A DNA stretch of 64,000 bases from Tubulanus polymorphus (Eukaryota; Animalia; Nemertea): positions 2,108,001 through 2,172,000 of the forward strand of contig NC_134035.1 of the NCBI RefSeq assembly GCF_964204645.1. The letters are read 5' to 3'. Every line of letters starts with the position of its first letter. Position 1 is the first letter of the stretch. The position numbers and the translations under genes are program-made. The notes under the pieces were generated by a model. That model did no database searches, was not told the origin of the DNA, and worked only from the letters and a program-made list of their open reading frames with translations. Below are positions 11,787 to 22,929 of this stretch, one piece after another.

Positions 11787-14700
11787 CAGTCAGTCTCCCT
11801 GTTAATGTGATTTCAATTTTATTTTTCAGGTTTTCCTCTGTCGGGCTGTGGTTTAAATTCATCACGAATACTGGACATGGTGGACATCAACTGAAATTTA
11901 TCACAGTTTTACTTCTTCAGTCAACTTCTTCCGGACTACTAGTGAACTAACCCGACTATATGTGAACTAACCGGACCATTTAGTCCATTTAGGACCATTT
12001 AGATTGATACTCATAAAAAACAGTCAGTGGTGGACTCCAGGAGGTGTTGAACTCTGTATGTGGATTTGTGGGACTCGGTGGACTACCATTACTGCTAGAC
12101 AAGGGCTGGTGAGTGTGAGTAGAATTTCTTAAAAGTTTCCCAAACAATTATGAGAAAGCAGTTTATCTGTAAACACTGTTCACTGCATTTCATAAGAATT
12201 GTCAATGTGGTTATTTGAAGCAGCCTGTAATTGTGTTGCGGGAATTATAATTCAGGGTTTTTAGTAAGAGCATCAATTTCTACCTTAAAAATTAATTGAA
12301 TATTAAAAATTAATTGAATATTTGACATCATTGAATAAAAATCGTTTTTGGACCGAATTTCGAGGGCGAATTTCATCAAAATTTGTGACGAAATTAAGGG
12401 GGTCAAAACACGAAATCCTGAATATCTCATTTTAGGAGCCTCGGATCCTAAATCTAACCTCATATTTGTAACCAGCACCCCAAAAAACATGTCTGCACTA
12501 AATTTTATTAAAATTGGGCCAAAAAAATATTTTGACTTTGTACCCCATTTTTGGGGTGCATATTTTGGGCATTAAAACCCTTATTTGCCCATGAAAATGA
12601 ATTCCGATTCAAAATCTGATTGCGGATCCGGAATCTACACCTCAGAATACATATTCCTACCAAATTTCGAAGGAATCAGAGAAAAAAAAGTTTTCGCCGA
12701 AAAAAATCTCCTGGACTAACACCTTAGATTTTTGCCATTTTTTGCCAAAAAATCGAATCTCTTCGATTTGCTTGAAATTTCAGTCATTTATATTGTCAGG
12801 GGTGCTGATTCCAAATCTGCAATCAAATTTTGAATATCTCGAAAACTCTGGGGTCCAAGGCCTTTTGAAAATTTAGGGGTCCCCCAAAAAATTCGAATTT
12901 CTCATTTTCTGGGCCTCGGATCCTAAAAATTCGTTCAGATTTGTGATCAGCACCCCAGAATACATGTCTAACCGGAATTTCATCAAAATCGGAGACAAAA
13001 AATATTTGACCCCTGACACTCATTTTGGGGAGTAGCCTACCTTAGATTGCCATTTCTCTGATATACCGGTAACTAGACTTAACTCTTACACTGTGTATAA
13101 CTGTTTGGTGGCCTCAAATCTATTAAGTTTCATTTATATCTTTTAGGATGTTTGTCATCATTAGGATGCCGGGAATTATTGACTTTTTGAGTTTGATGAT
13201 CAGGATCAGATGAACTGGATAAATATGTGTTGGCAGTGTTAGAACTCACCGGGAGGATAAACAAACAAACGAACAAATATTGGGAGAACTTGACTTCAAA
13301 TTTACTCTCCTTTAATAGTTTCCGAGCATTATTTCTGGTTACTGTGTTAGTGGTAGTTGAATGCACTATTTTAGAGAATAAAATTAAATTTGCTTGAAGT
13401 TCTTCATTTGGCATGTGAGCTTAGCGCTTTACCGGATGCTAATACACTCCGCAGACAAAAGAGTTCTATCACAAACGGTTTGAAATTCGTTTTAGAAAGA
13501 GAATCCCCTTCTAAAAACCTTAAACGATAGTCGAATTATTCATATACAATGGAATCGTATTAGATAATCAACGAAATTCGGCTAAGAAAAATATCTGTAT
13601 TGCTCGCATGCCACAGTAAGATAGCGAGGCTGAGTTAGATATTTACCGTACAGTGCTGCCCCTATGAATAACGATAGCGGAATTTCTGTGAACTAAAATA
13701 GTAGCGCATATTTACCGCCGGAATTTAAATGTCCTTATTACGTACAGTACCGACCAGTGTGTCGTCTAATTCTGATTTAATATGATACTATGAATACGTT
13801 CTGAATTTTGTATGATATTTCATTATTTTTAGGTAACATATTTAATTTTTTTTAGCTAAAATTCACTTACTTATCAATTAATATAGTATTTGTATACAGA
13901 ATAAATTATTCATTTTCATTTTTTAATGATAATTTATCATCAGTATTGACAAAATGTTCATATTTTTTCTTCGATTATAGTCTATTTGCGCGCAAATAAA
14001 CAGGGAACTTACAAACACCTGTCGCTCTCTCCCAGACCATACTAGAAATACCCCGATTCAAATTAACTCTTTTAAGGCTCATTCTCTTATAGAAAAACTG
14101 TTTGGTTCGAACGTTTGAGAGCAGTTTTCAGAGTTTGAGAATTTTCCTCGGAATCCGGCCCGCAAATCGGTAATTAGTTCGTCCACTCCTGCCATTCGAA
14201 GACTCTGGCAAGCGAGTATTATGTTAGTTCACATTTTCCACGCTATCGTTATACGTAGCGGCAGCACTAGACGGTCGAGATTGAATTAATCGCGCTATTT
14301 TACTGTGGAGCGGGCTCAATTCAATCGCTAATTCTTTATTTCAGTGAACTATTCCCTCAATTGATAAAGACTTTAAAGCCGCGATGATTCTAAATGTACG
14401 AATTTTGATATTGGTAAAAAAGATAAAAATTCATACATGATATTTCATTTTCATGTCCTCAGGTACACACACAGTTTAGGGGGACCTCACTCCAGTGACT
14501 TCGCAGACACTTCACGACAGTCAGTGGAGGCTGGGACCTACTCAAATTTAGTCTGAATCAGTCAGTCGTTGTTACTACGGGTTTCGGGTTGTTTGGGTAA
14601 CGACGGCTAGGTGCTAGGCTAACAGGGACCTCACTCGGTGTCAAAAACCACTTTCTAGCCTATACGGGCCGCACTACCCTAGCCGCTTGAATTGCACATG

Positions 14701-17700
14701 GTGCAGCAGGCGATAGTTTCACAAATCTTGATGAACTGTTCTTCAACTTCCTCCAGCACCACATCTTGTTCAGCAAGTTACACCAGCTTTCTCCCACTGC
14801 CACAGGCTGGGCTCTTGTGTAAAACGAGAATCTGTTAATCCAGTGCCGTACTGAAAACTGCTGAAAACTTTTGCTTAAGCCTGAGTTATTGTGTTTGCTT
14901 CTCTTTTCACCCATCCTCCCCAACCTCTCACCCCATCCTCCCCAACCTCTCACCCCATCCTCCCTCAACCTCTCACCCCATCCTCCCCAACCTCTCATCC
15001 CATTGTCCCTCAACCTCTCACCCCATCCTCCCCAACCTCTCATCCCATTGTCCCTCAACCTCTCACCACATCCTCCCCAACCTCTCATCCCATCCTCCCC
15101 CAACCTCTCACCCCATCCTCCCCAACCTCTCATCCCATACTCCCTCAACCTCTCACCCCATCCTCCCCAACCTCTCACACCATCCTCCCTCAACCTCTCA
15201 CCCCATCCTCCCCATCCTCCCTCAACCTCTCACTCCATCCTCCCTCAACCTCTCACCCTATCCTCCCCCAACCTCTCACCCCATCCTCCCCCAACTTCTC
15301 GCAGTCAGTCTCCCTGTTAATGTGATTTCAATTTTATTTTTCAGGTTTTCCTCTGTCGGGCTGTGGTTTAAATTCATCACGAATACTGGACATGGTGGAC
15401 ATCAACTGAAATTTATCACAGTTTTACTTCTTCAGTCAACTTCTTCCGGACTACTAGTGAACTAACCCGACTATATGTGAACTAACCGGACCATTTAGTC
15501 CATTTAGGACCATTTAGATTGATACTCATAAAAAACAGTCAGTGGTGGACTCCAGGAGGTGTTGAACTCTGTATGTGGATTTGTGGGACTCGGTGGACTA
15601 CCATTACTGCTAGACAAGGGCTGGTGAGTGTGAGTAGAATTTCTTAAAAGTTTCCCAAACAATTATGAGAAAGCAGTTTATCTGTAAACACTGTTCACTG
15701 CATTTCATAAGAATTGTCAATGTGGTTATTTGAAGCAGCCTGTAATTGTGTTGCGGGAATTATAATTCAGGGTTTTTAGTAAGAGCATCAATTTCTACCT
15801 TAAAAATTAATTGAATATTAAAAATTAATTGAATATTTGACATCATTGAATAAAAATCGTTTTTGGAGCGAATTTCGAGGGCGAATTTCATCAAAATTTG
15901 TGACGAAATTAAGGGGGTCAAAACACGAAATCCTGAATATCTCATTTTAGGAGCCTCGGATCCTAAATCTAACCTCATATTTGTAACCAGCACCCCAAAA
16001 AACATGTCTGCACTAAATTTTATTAAAATTGGGCCAAAAAGATATTTTGACTTTGTACCCCATTTTTGGGGTGCATATTTTGGGCATTAAAACCCTTATT
16101 TGCCCATGAAGATGAATTCCGTTTCAAAATCTGATTGCGGATCCGGAATCTACACCTCAGAATACATATTCCTACCAAATTTCGAAGGAATCAGAGAAAA
16201 AAAAGTTTTCGCCGAAAAAAATCTCCTGGACTAACACCTTAGATTTTTGCCATTTTTTGCCAAAAAATCGAATCTCTTCGATTTGCTTGAAATTTCAGTC
16301 ATTTATATTGTCAGGGGTGCTGATTCCAAATCTGCAATCAAATTTTGAATATCTCGAAAACTCTGGGGTCCAAGGCCTTTTGAAAATTTAGGGGGTCCCC
16401 CAAAAAATTCGAATTTCTCATTTTCTGGGCCTCGGATCCTAAAAATTCGTTCAGATTTGTGATCAGCACCCCAGAATACATGTCTAACCGGAATTTCATC
16501 AAAATCGGAGACAAAAAATATTTGACCCCTGACACTCATTTTGGGGAGTAGCCTACCTTAGATTGCCATTTCTCTGATATACCGGTAACTAGACTTAACT
16601 CTTACACTGTGTATAACTGTTTGGTGGCCTCAAATCTATTAAGTTTCATTTATATCTTTTAGGATGTTTGTCATCATTAGGATGCCGGGAATTATTGACT
16701 TTTTGAGTTTGATGATCAGGATCAGATGAACTGGATAAATATGTGTTGGCAGTGTTAGAACTCACCGGGAGGATAAACAAACAAACGAACAAATATTGGG
16801 AGAACTTGACTTCAAATTTACTCTCCTTTAATAGTTTCCGAGCATTATTTCTGGTTACTGTGTTAGTGGTAGTTGAATGCACTATTTTAGAGAATAAAAT
16901 TAAATTTGCTTGAAGTTCTTCATTTGGCATGTGAGCTTAGCGCTTTACCGGATGCTAATACACTCCGCAGACAAAAGAGTTCTATCACAAACGGTTTGAA
17001 ATTCGTTTTAGAAAGAGAATCCCCTTCTAAAAACCTTAAACGATAGTCGAATTATTCATATACAATGGAATCGTATTAGATAATCAACGAAATTCGGCTA
17101 AGAAAAATATCTGTATTGCTCGCATGCCACAGTAAGATAGCGAGGCTGAGTTAGATATTTACCGTACAGTGCTGCCCCTATGAATAACGATAGCGGAATT
17201 TCTGTGAACTAAAATAGTAGCGCATATTTACCGCCGGAATTTAAATGTCCTTATTACGTACAGTACCGACCAGTGTGTCGTCTAATTCTGATTTAATATG
17301 ATACTATGAATACGTTCTGAATTTTGTATGATATTTCATTATTTTTAGGTAACATATTTAATTTTTTTTAGCTAAAATTCACTTACTTATCAATTAATAT
17401 AGTATTTGTATACAGAATAAATTATTCATTTTCATTTTTTAATGATAATTTATCATCAGAATTGACAAAATGTTCATATTTTTTCTTCGATTATAGTCTA
17501 TTTGCGCGCAAATAAACAGGGAACTTACAAACACCTGTCGCTCTCTCCCAGACCATACTAGAAATACCCCGATTCAAATTAACTCTTTTAAGGCTCATTC
17601 TCTTATAGAAAAACTGTTTGGTTCGAACGTTTGAGAGCAGTTTTCAGAGTTTGAGAATTTTCCTCGGAATCCGGCCCGCAAATCGGTAATTAGTTCGTCC

Positions 17701-20504
17701 ACTCCTGCCGTTCGAAGACTCTGGCAAGCGAGTATTATGTTAGTTCACATTTTCCACGCTATCGTTATACGTAGCGGCAGCACTAGACGGTCGAGATTGA
17801 ATTAATCGCGCTATTTTACTGTGGAGCGGGCTCAATTCAATCGCTAATTCTTTATTTCAGTGAACTATTCCCTCAATTGATAAAGACTTTAAAGCCGCGA
17901 TGATTCTAAATGTACGAATTTTGATATTGGTAAAAAAGATAAAAATTCATACATGATATTTCATTTTCATGTCCTCAGGTACACACACAGTTTAGGGGGA
18001 CCTCACTCCAGTGACTTCGCAGACACTTCACGACAGTCAGTGGAGGCCGGGACCTACTCAAATTTAGTCTGAATCAGTCAGTCGTTGTTACTACGGGTTC
18101 CGGGTTGTTTGGGTAACGACGGCTAGGTGCTAGGCTAACAGGGACCTCACTCGGTGTCAAAAACCACTTTCTAGCCTATACGGGCCGCACTACCCTAGCC
18201 GCTTGAATTGCACATGGTGCAGCAGGCGATAGTTTCACAAATCTTGATGAACTGTTCTTCAACTTCCTCCAGCACCACATCTTGTTCAGCAAGTTACACC
18301 AGCTTTCTCCCACTGCCACAGGCTGGGCTCTTGTGTAAAACGAGAATCTGTTAATCCAGTGCCGTACTGAAAACTGCTGAAAACTTTTGCTTAAGCCTGA
18401 GTTATTGTGTTTGCTTCTCTTTTCACCCATCCTCCCCAACCTCTCACCCCATCCTCCCCAACCTCTCACCCCATCCTCCCTCAACCTCTCACCCCATCCT
18501 CCCCAACCTCTCATCCCATTGTCCCTCAACCTCTCACCCCATCCTCCCCAACCTCTCATCCCATTGTCCCTCAACCTCTCACCACATCCTCCCCAACCTC
18601 TCATCCCATCCTCCCCCAACCTCTCACCCCATCCTCCCCAACCTCTCATCCCATACTCCCTCAACCTCTCACCCCATCCTCCCCAACCTCTCACCCCATC
18701 CTCCCTCAACCTCTCACCCCATCCTCCCCATCCTCCCTCAACCTCTCACTCCATCCTCCCTCAACCTCTCACCCTATCCTCCCCCAACCTCTCACCCCAT
18801 CCTCCCCCAACTTCTCGCAGTCAGTCTCCCTGTTAATGTGATTTCAATTTTATTTTTCAGGTTTTCCTCTGTCGGGCTGTGGTTTAAATTCATCACGAAT
18901 ACTGGACATGGTGGACATCAACTGAAATTTATCACAGTTTTACTTCTTCAGTCAACTTCTTCCGGACTACTAGTGAACTAACCCGACTATATGTGAACTA
19001 ACCGGACCATTTAGTCCATTTAGGACCATTTAGATTGATACTCATAAAAAACAGTCAGTGGTGGACTCCAGGAGGTGTTGAACTCTGTATGTGGATTTGT
19101 GGGACTCGGTGGACTACCATTACTGCTAGACAAGGGCTGGTGAGTGTGAGTAGAATTTCTTAAAAGTTTCCCAAACAATTATGAGAAAGCAGTTTATCTG
19201 TAAACACTGTTCACTGCATTTCATAAGAATTGTCAATGTGGTTATTTGAAGCAGCCTGTAATTGTGTTGCGGGAATTATAATTCAGGGTTTTTAGTAAGA
19301 GCATCAATTTCTACCTTAAAAATTAATTGAATATTAAAAATTAATTGAATATTTGACATCATTGAATAAAAATCGTTTTTGGACCGAATTTCGAGGGCGA
19401 ATTTCATCAAAATTTGTGACGAAATTAAGGGGGTCAAAACACGAAATCCTGAATATCTCATTTTAGGAGCCTCGGATCCTAAATCTAACCTCATATTTGT
19501 AACCAGCACCCCAAAAAACATGTCTGCACTAAATTTTATTAAAATTGGGCCAAAAAAATATTTTGACGTTGTACCCCATTTTTGGGGTGCATATTTTGGG
19601 CATTAAAACCCTTATTTGCCCATGAAAATGAATTCCGATTCAAAATCTGATTGCGGATCCGGGATCTACACCTCAGAATACATATTCCTACCAAATTTCG
19701 AAGGAATCAGAGAAAAAAAAGTTTTCGCCGAAAAAAAACTCCTGGACTAACAACACCTTAGATTTTTGCCATTTTTTGCCAAAAAATCGAATCTCTTCGA
19801 TTTGCTTGAAATTTCAGTCATTTATATTGTCAGGGGTGCTGATTCCAAATCTGCAATCAGATTTTGAATATCTAGAAAACTCTGGGGTCCAAGGCCTTTT
19901 GAAAATTTAGGGGGGTCCCCCAATAATTCGAATTTCTCATTTTCTGGGCCTCAGATCCGAAAAATTCGTTCAGATTTGTGATCAGCACCCAAGAATACAT
20001 GTTTATACTGAATTTCATCAAAATCGGAGACAAAAAATATTTGACCCCTGACACTCATTTTGGGGAGTAGCCTACCTTAGATTGCCATTTCTCTGATGCA
20101 CCAGTAACTTTACTTAACTCTTACACTGTGTATAACTGATTGGTTGCCTCAAATCTATAAAGTTTCATTTATATCTTTTAGGATGTTTGTCATCATTAGG
20201 ATGGAATTATTGACGTTTGTGTTTGATGATCAGGACTACATCAGATGAACTGGATAAAATATGTGTTGGCAGCGTTAGAACTCACCGGGAGGATAAACAA
20301 ACAAACGAACAAATATTGGGAGAACTTGACTTCAGTTATAGTGAACTTTATGTCCACGACGACTAACTATGTGATGACTTTGCTGCTGATGGGATAAATA
20401 TCTGTTTGAACTAAAAACTGTAAAACTAAAACTACTGACGGCATCTAGAATCTGCCGGATAGAAAACAACGAGGAACATAGAAGTTCAGGTGATATACAA
20501 TCCC

Positions 20505-20933
20505 CTCTCTGTCTCTTTCTATCATCTCTCATCTCTCATCCTCATCTCTCATACTCATCTCCCATCCTCATCTCTCACACTCATCTCTCATCTCTCACTC
20601 TCTCATACTCATCTCTCATCCTCATCTCATACTCATCTCATACTCATCTCTGATACTCATCTCTCATACACATCCTCATCTCACTCTTTCATCCTCATCT
20701 CATACTCATCTCTCATACTCATCTCTCATACTCATCCTCATCTCACTCTTTCTCATTCTCATCTCATACTCATCTCTCATACTCATCTCTCATACTCATC
20801 CTCATCTCACTCTTTCATCCTCATCTCATACTCATCTCATTCTCATCTCCCATACTCATCTCTCATTCTCATCTCTCATACTCATCCTCACTCTGGTCTC
20901 ATTCACCATCTACCGGGTTGTGATAGGAACTAG
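20505..20933 (+). mobile_element. Helitron-like element with CTCAT(C/A)-based low-complexity interior, ending in a degenerate hairpin plus CTAG
   Basis: Low-complexity repeat at 20520-20895, then CCATCTACCGGG...GGAACTAG|T. The 5' end is not resolved. Confidence 0.45.
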
Positions 20934-21359
20934 TTCCTGTCTCGCCCGGTAGATGGCATTATTTTTTTGATAAAATTTGCTTAAGCAATGGATAAATATG
21001 AGTTCCCCTGCAGATTGGCTAGTACGTCCCTATAGCGTAGTGGGTAGGGTGCTGGACTGCTAGACCGGTGGTTGGTGGTTCAAATCCCATAATAATGTTT
21101 TATTAAATAAAATGTTGAATTTTGATTTTGTTCGTTTCAATAAAATGTTGAATTTTACTTTTGCAAACAAGCTGTAACAAATTCCTACTTTGAATTTGGA
21201 ATAAATCCTTTGCGTTTGTCCTTTCCTTTTTGACTTTTCCTTGAACGTGAGAAGTTGTAAGAGAGTCCTTTCCGGGAAGTTGAGAGAGGGAAGAGTCCTT
21301 TCCGGGGCAAAGTGCCCGAGACAAAGAGATTTTATTAAAGAGAGCATTTTATATATAGA
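20930..21359 (-). mobile_element. Non-autonomous Helitron-like element carrying a tRNA-like segment
   Basis: On the - strand it starts TCTATATATAAAA (21359) and ends with a degenerate GCCcggtagatGGC hairpin followed by CTAG|T (20930). The 5' flank is G rather than the expected A. Confidence 0.5.
21026..21090 (+). pseudogene. tRNA-like sequence (tRNA pseudogene or SINE head), anticodon loop CT-GCT-AG
   Basis: A box TAGCGTAGTGG and B box GGTTCAAATCCC. The 3' acceptor strand and the Ser long variable arm are missing. Confidence 0.6.
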
Positions 21360-21412
21360 CGTTTATTTATTTGCGTTACTTTTTATAACATGCGGCAAAA
21401 CGAAATAATGAC

Positions 21413-21666
21413 GAGTAGAGTCTGCGTCTCGAGGTTTGGAGATGGTTCTGAAGTCGGAGTAGAGTCTGCGTCTCGAGGTTTGAAGATGGTTCTGTAGTCG
21501 GAGTAGAGTCTGCGTCTCGAGGTTTGAGGATGGTACTGTAGTCGGAGTAGAGTCTGCGTCTCGAGGTTTGAGGATGGTACTGTAGTCGGAGTAGAGTCTG
21601 CTTCTCGAGGTTTGAAGATGGTTCTGTAGTCGGGGTAGAGTCTGCGTCTCGAGGTTTGAAGATGTT
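21413..21666. repeat. 44-bp tandem repeat, ~5.7 copies
   Basis: GTAGAGTCTGCGTCTCGAGGTTTG... at 21415, 21459, 21503, 21547, 21591 and 21635. Confidence 0.95.
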
Positions 21667-22415
21667 GCCGTCACTCAAATATTGCCAGCTGAAAAACAAA
21701 TCGGATAATCGTCAAGCTAATGAAGATGCAAAATGTACGGATGGGTATAGTTTAATATAATTACCTTATCTTAATGTAAAGATACCGAAACAGCAAAATG
21801 TGAGTTGATGCGGTTCCCAATGCAGCAGCAGCAGCAGCAGCAGACTAGTTCAGGACGTTGCGACAAACGAATTGTGTGTACATGTAGTTGTCAGTAGTAG
21901 CGAACTGGTTTCGGTTTAACCCTAAAAAGACACAATATTCATAATGTATGAATGTGCGCGAAATAGAACATCGGAAATCAGCGACAACAGCAACTCGTCT
22001 TCATCAGCAAATTAGCCGTCATCTGTTTGTAGTTGAAATCCGACATCAACAGCAGCAGCAACACCAGTAACAGCAGCAGCAGTATCGGGATCTCCTCCGC
22101 GATCATCTGCATCATCAGCCGCCAGTTTCATCTTGCGTTCTCAATCGCTAGGCGTCACAAATTCCTTCACGTTCCAGTCTCTCCTAACATCATCAGCCGC
22201 TTATTAGTTGGTTGTTCGCTTGAAGCCACACTTTCTTCACGCCTTGTTGCAGAGCTCTTATGGGTTGACCTTCATCGCTGGACATCAGTTCTCGGACTGG
22301 CAGCGGGCGGCTCGAACCGCGCTTCTAATACCTACGTCAACCAATCAGCGACGGTGCATCATCGATGCGACCGGATTGGATCAATCAGAAAGCTCGATCG
22401 CGCATTCCTGTGACA
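21663..22415 (-). mobile_element. LTR-like segment (~750 bp)
   Basis: The - strand starts TGTCACAGG and ends GGCAACA, with CCAAT/ATTGG boxes near the start and ATTAAA ~90 nt before the end. No TSD and no second LTR. Confidence 0.4.
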
Positions 22416-22929
22416 GACCCGAGTCCGTGACGCTAATCCGCAAGAACCATTCAATTCGTGCCAAACATTTTCAATGGGGCCTACAGGTCATCGAGTTTAA
22501 TTCGACTATTCATAGAGGCACATATTGTTAAAGATAGAAATATCGAATGCTACGATTTTAGCCTAAAATTGTATGCTGAAATTTTATCTAATAGTTTAGA
22601 TAAACTCCAACAAACTTTAGTGTAGATTTCCCTTCTATTTAAGTCTGGTTTTGAACTGTAATACCGGCTCAATTTTACTTTTTTCGAGTTTTGCTTTAGG
22701 ATATTGAAATTTACTTAAGGGTTTGTGCAGTGACGCGGCACTATTGTGTAGTAGAGCGTATGGCAGGTCTCCAGAGAGTGATTCTCTATTGGATAGAGTC
22801 GTTTTGAAGCCGAATTTATTCACAAGTTCACCAGACATCGCCGCGTACACATCTTCTTTAACTGAAATCTGGTGAAAAATTATGGAAGTTTTATCATCAG
22901 TTGAGAATGAACTGTGATTGATCACCGCG

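Larger units (their letters stand above)
2510..20460 (+). repeat. ~3.5-kb macrosatellite array: two diverged copies, then ~3.4 near-identical copies
   Basis: Marker ttcag|gttttcctc recurs at 5447, 8314, 11830, 15345 and 18861. Near-identical ORF-track peptides recur with a 3515/3516-nt offset. Confidence 0.97.

Noticed and set aside
4948-18841. Pro-rich (extensin-like) and GWGGWGERL ORFs
   Set aside because: They are translations of the C-rich minisatellite, open in several frames on both strands; the unit length is not a consistent multiple of 3.
20490-20933. 147-aa His/Ser/Leu-rich ORF
   Set aside because: Translation of the CTCAT low-complexity repeat.
21026-21090. Functional tRNA-Ser(GCT)
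   Set aside because: No 3' acceptor strand, imperfect anticodon stem and no long variable arm.
21413-21666. 44-bp repeats, and the 114-bp repeats at 29.7-30.3 kb, as CRISPR arrays
   Set aside because: Contiguous tandem units with no unique spacers, no cas genes, and the DNA is eukaryotic.
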